Sequence record: PV611675.1
Origin: Acinetobacter phage vB_AbaM_14/CRR8
Length of the DNA: 64,000 nt
Direction: 5' to 3' (one strand)
Shown: positions 63,905-64,000 of the stretch, piece by piece
Position numbering within the stretch: position 1 is the stretch's first letter
How the letters are laid out: every line of letters begins with the position of its first letter
Notes under the pieces: model-generated
Told to the model about the DNA's origin: nothing
Databases searched by the model: none
Seen by the model: the letters and a program-made list of their open reading frames with translations, nothing else
Program-made: the position numbers and the translations under genes

Positions 63905-64000
63905 ATGTATATAGCAACTATGATAGTAATCTTCCTTGCTGTTATGATTTGGATGTGGCACAAGGATTATAAAGGGTATCTATTAATACCTATCCTCTTC
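63905..64000 (+). CDS. membrane protein, 5' fragment running off the window
   Basis: MYIATMIVIFLAVMIWMW hydrophobic start. Confidence 0.3.
   Translation, partial: MYIATMIVIFLAVMIWMWHKDYKGYLLIPILF

Noticed and set aside
1-64000. CRISPR arrays, integrase/attachment sites, transposases
   Set aside because: No regularly spaced direct repeats with unique spacers were seen, and there are no tyrosine or serine recombinase or DDE transposase motifs among the ORFs

Overview
This window looks like about 64 kb of a virulent-type tailed dsDNA phage genome. It is AT-rich, has strong Gram-positive-style AGGAGG ribosome-binding sites, and its genes are tightly packed or overlapping.

Layout, left to right:
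(1) 1-1250: an AT-rich promoter-rich end with a terminator, encoding a 36-aa hydrophobic peptide and a 103-aa ORF.
(2) 1248-6703: a leftward-transcribed block of about 16 small overlapping early-type genes. It includes a paralogous pair, a DUF4326-like protein, Cys-rich proteins, a lipoprotein-like protein and a Ser-rich membrane protein. It is driven from a divergent promoter region at 6704-7480.
(3) 7440-11810: a large tRNA cluster with about 15 tRNA or tRNA-like genes and several more T-arm motifs that I could not fold by hand. It also holds an HNH homing endonuclease, a GroES-like co-chaperonin gene and a roughly 340-nt ORF-free stretch.
(4) 11812-12600: small proteins and a thioredoxin-like protein.
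(5) 12688-19151: the head module, comprising TerS candidate, TerL, portal, S49/ClpP-like prohead protease fused to scaffold, a decoration candidate and the major capsid protein, followed by a strong terminator.
(6) 19220-27454: one giant gene of about 2745 aa encoding a repetitive coiled-coil/beta-domain fibre or adhesin.
(7) 27529-44405: a P2-like contractile-tail module with head-tail joining proteins, sheath and tube, a chaperone with a putative -1 frameshift extension, tape measure, baseplate V/W/J-like proteins and fibres.
(8) 44414-46111: lysis genes, two holin-like membrane proteins and a GH19 endolysin, ending at a bidirectional terminator.
(9) 46144-63903: a T7-like replication and nucleotide-metabolism module. 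It contains a SLOG-like protein, an initiator-like wHTH protein, a putative origin with 22-bp periodic repeats, dCMP deaminase, primase-helicase, family A DNA polymerase, an acidic SSB-like protein, a 5'-3' exonuclease, an HNH endonuclease, an unusual HTH-DEDDy-exonuclease-Zn-ribbon protein, a MazG-like candidate and a single-polypeptide NrdB-NrdA ribonucleotide reductase.

All calls come from reading the sequence and the supplied ORF translations. No database search was run, so family assignments rest on recognisable motifs only.
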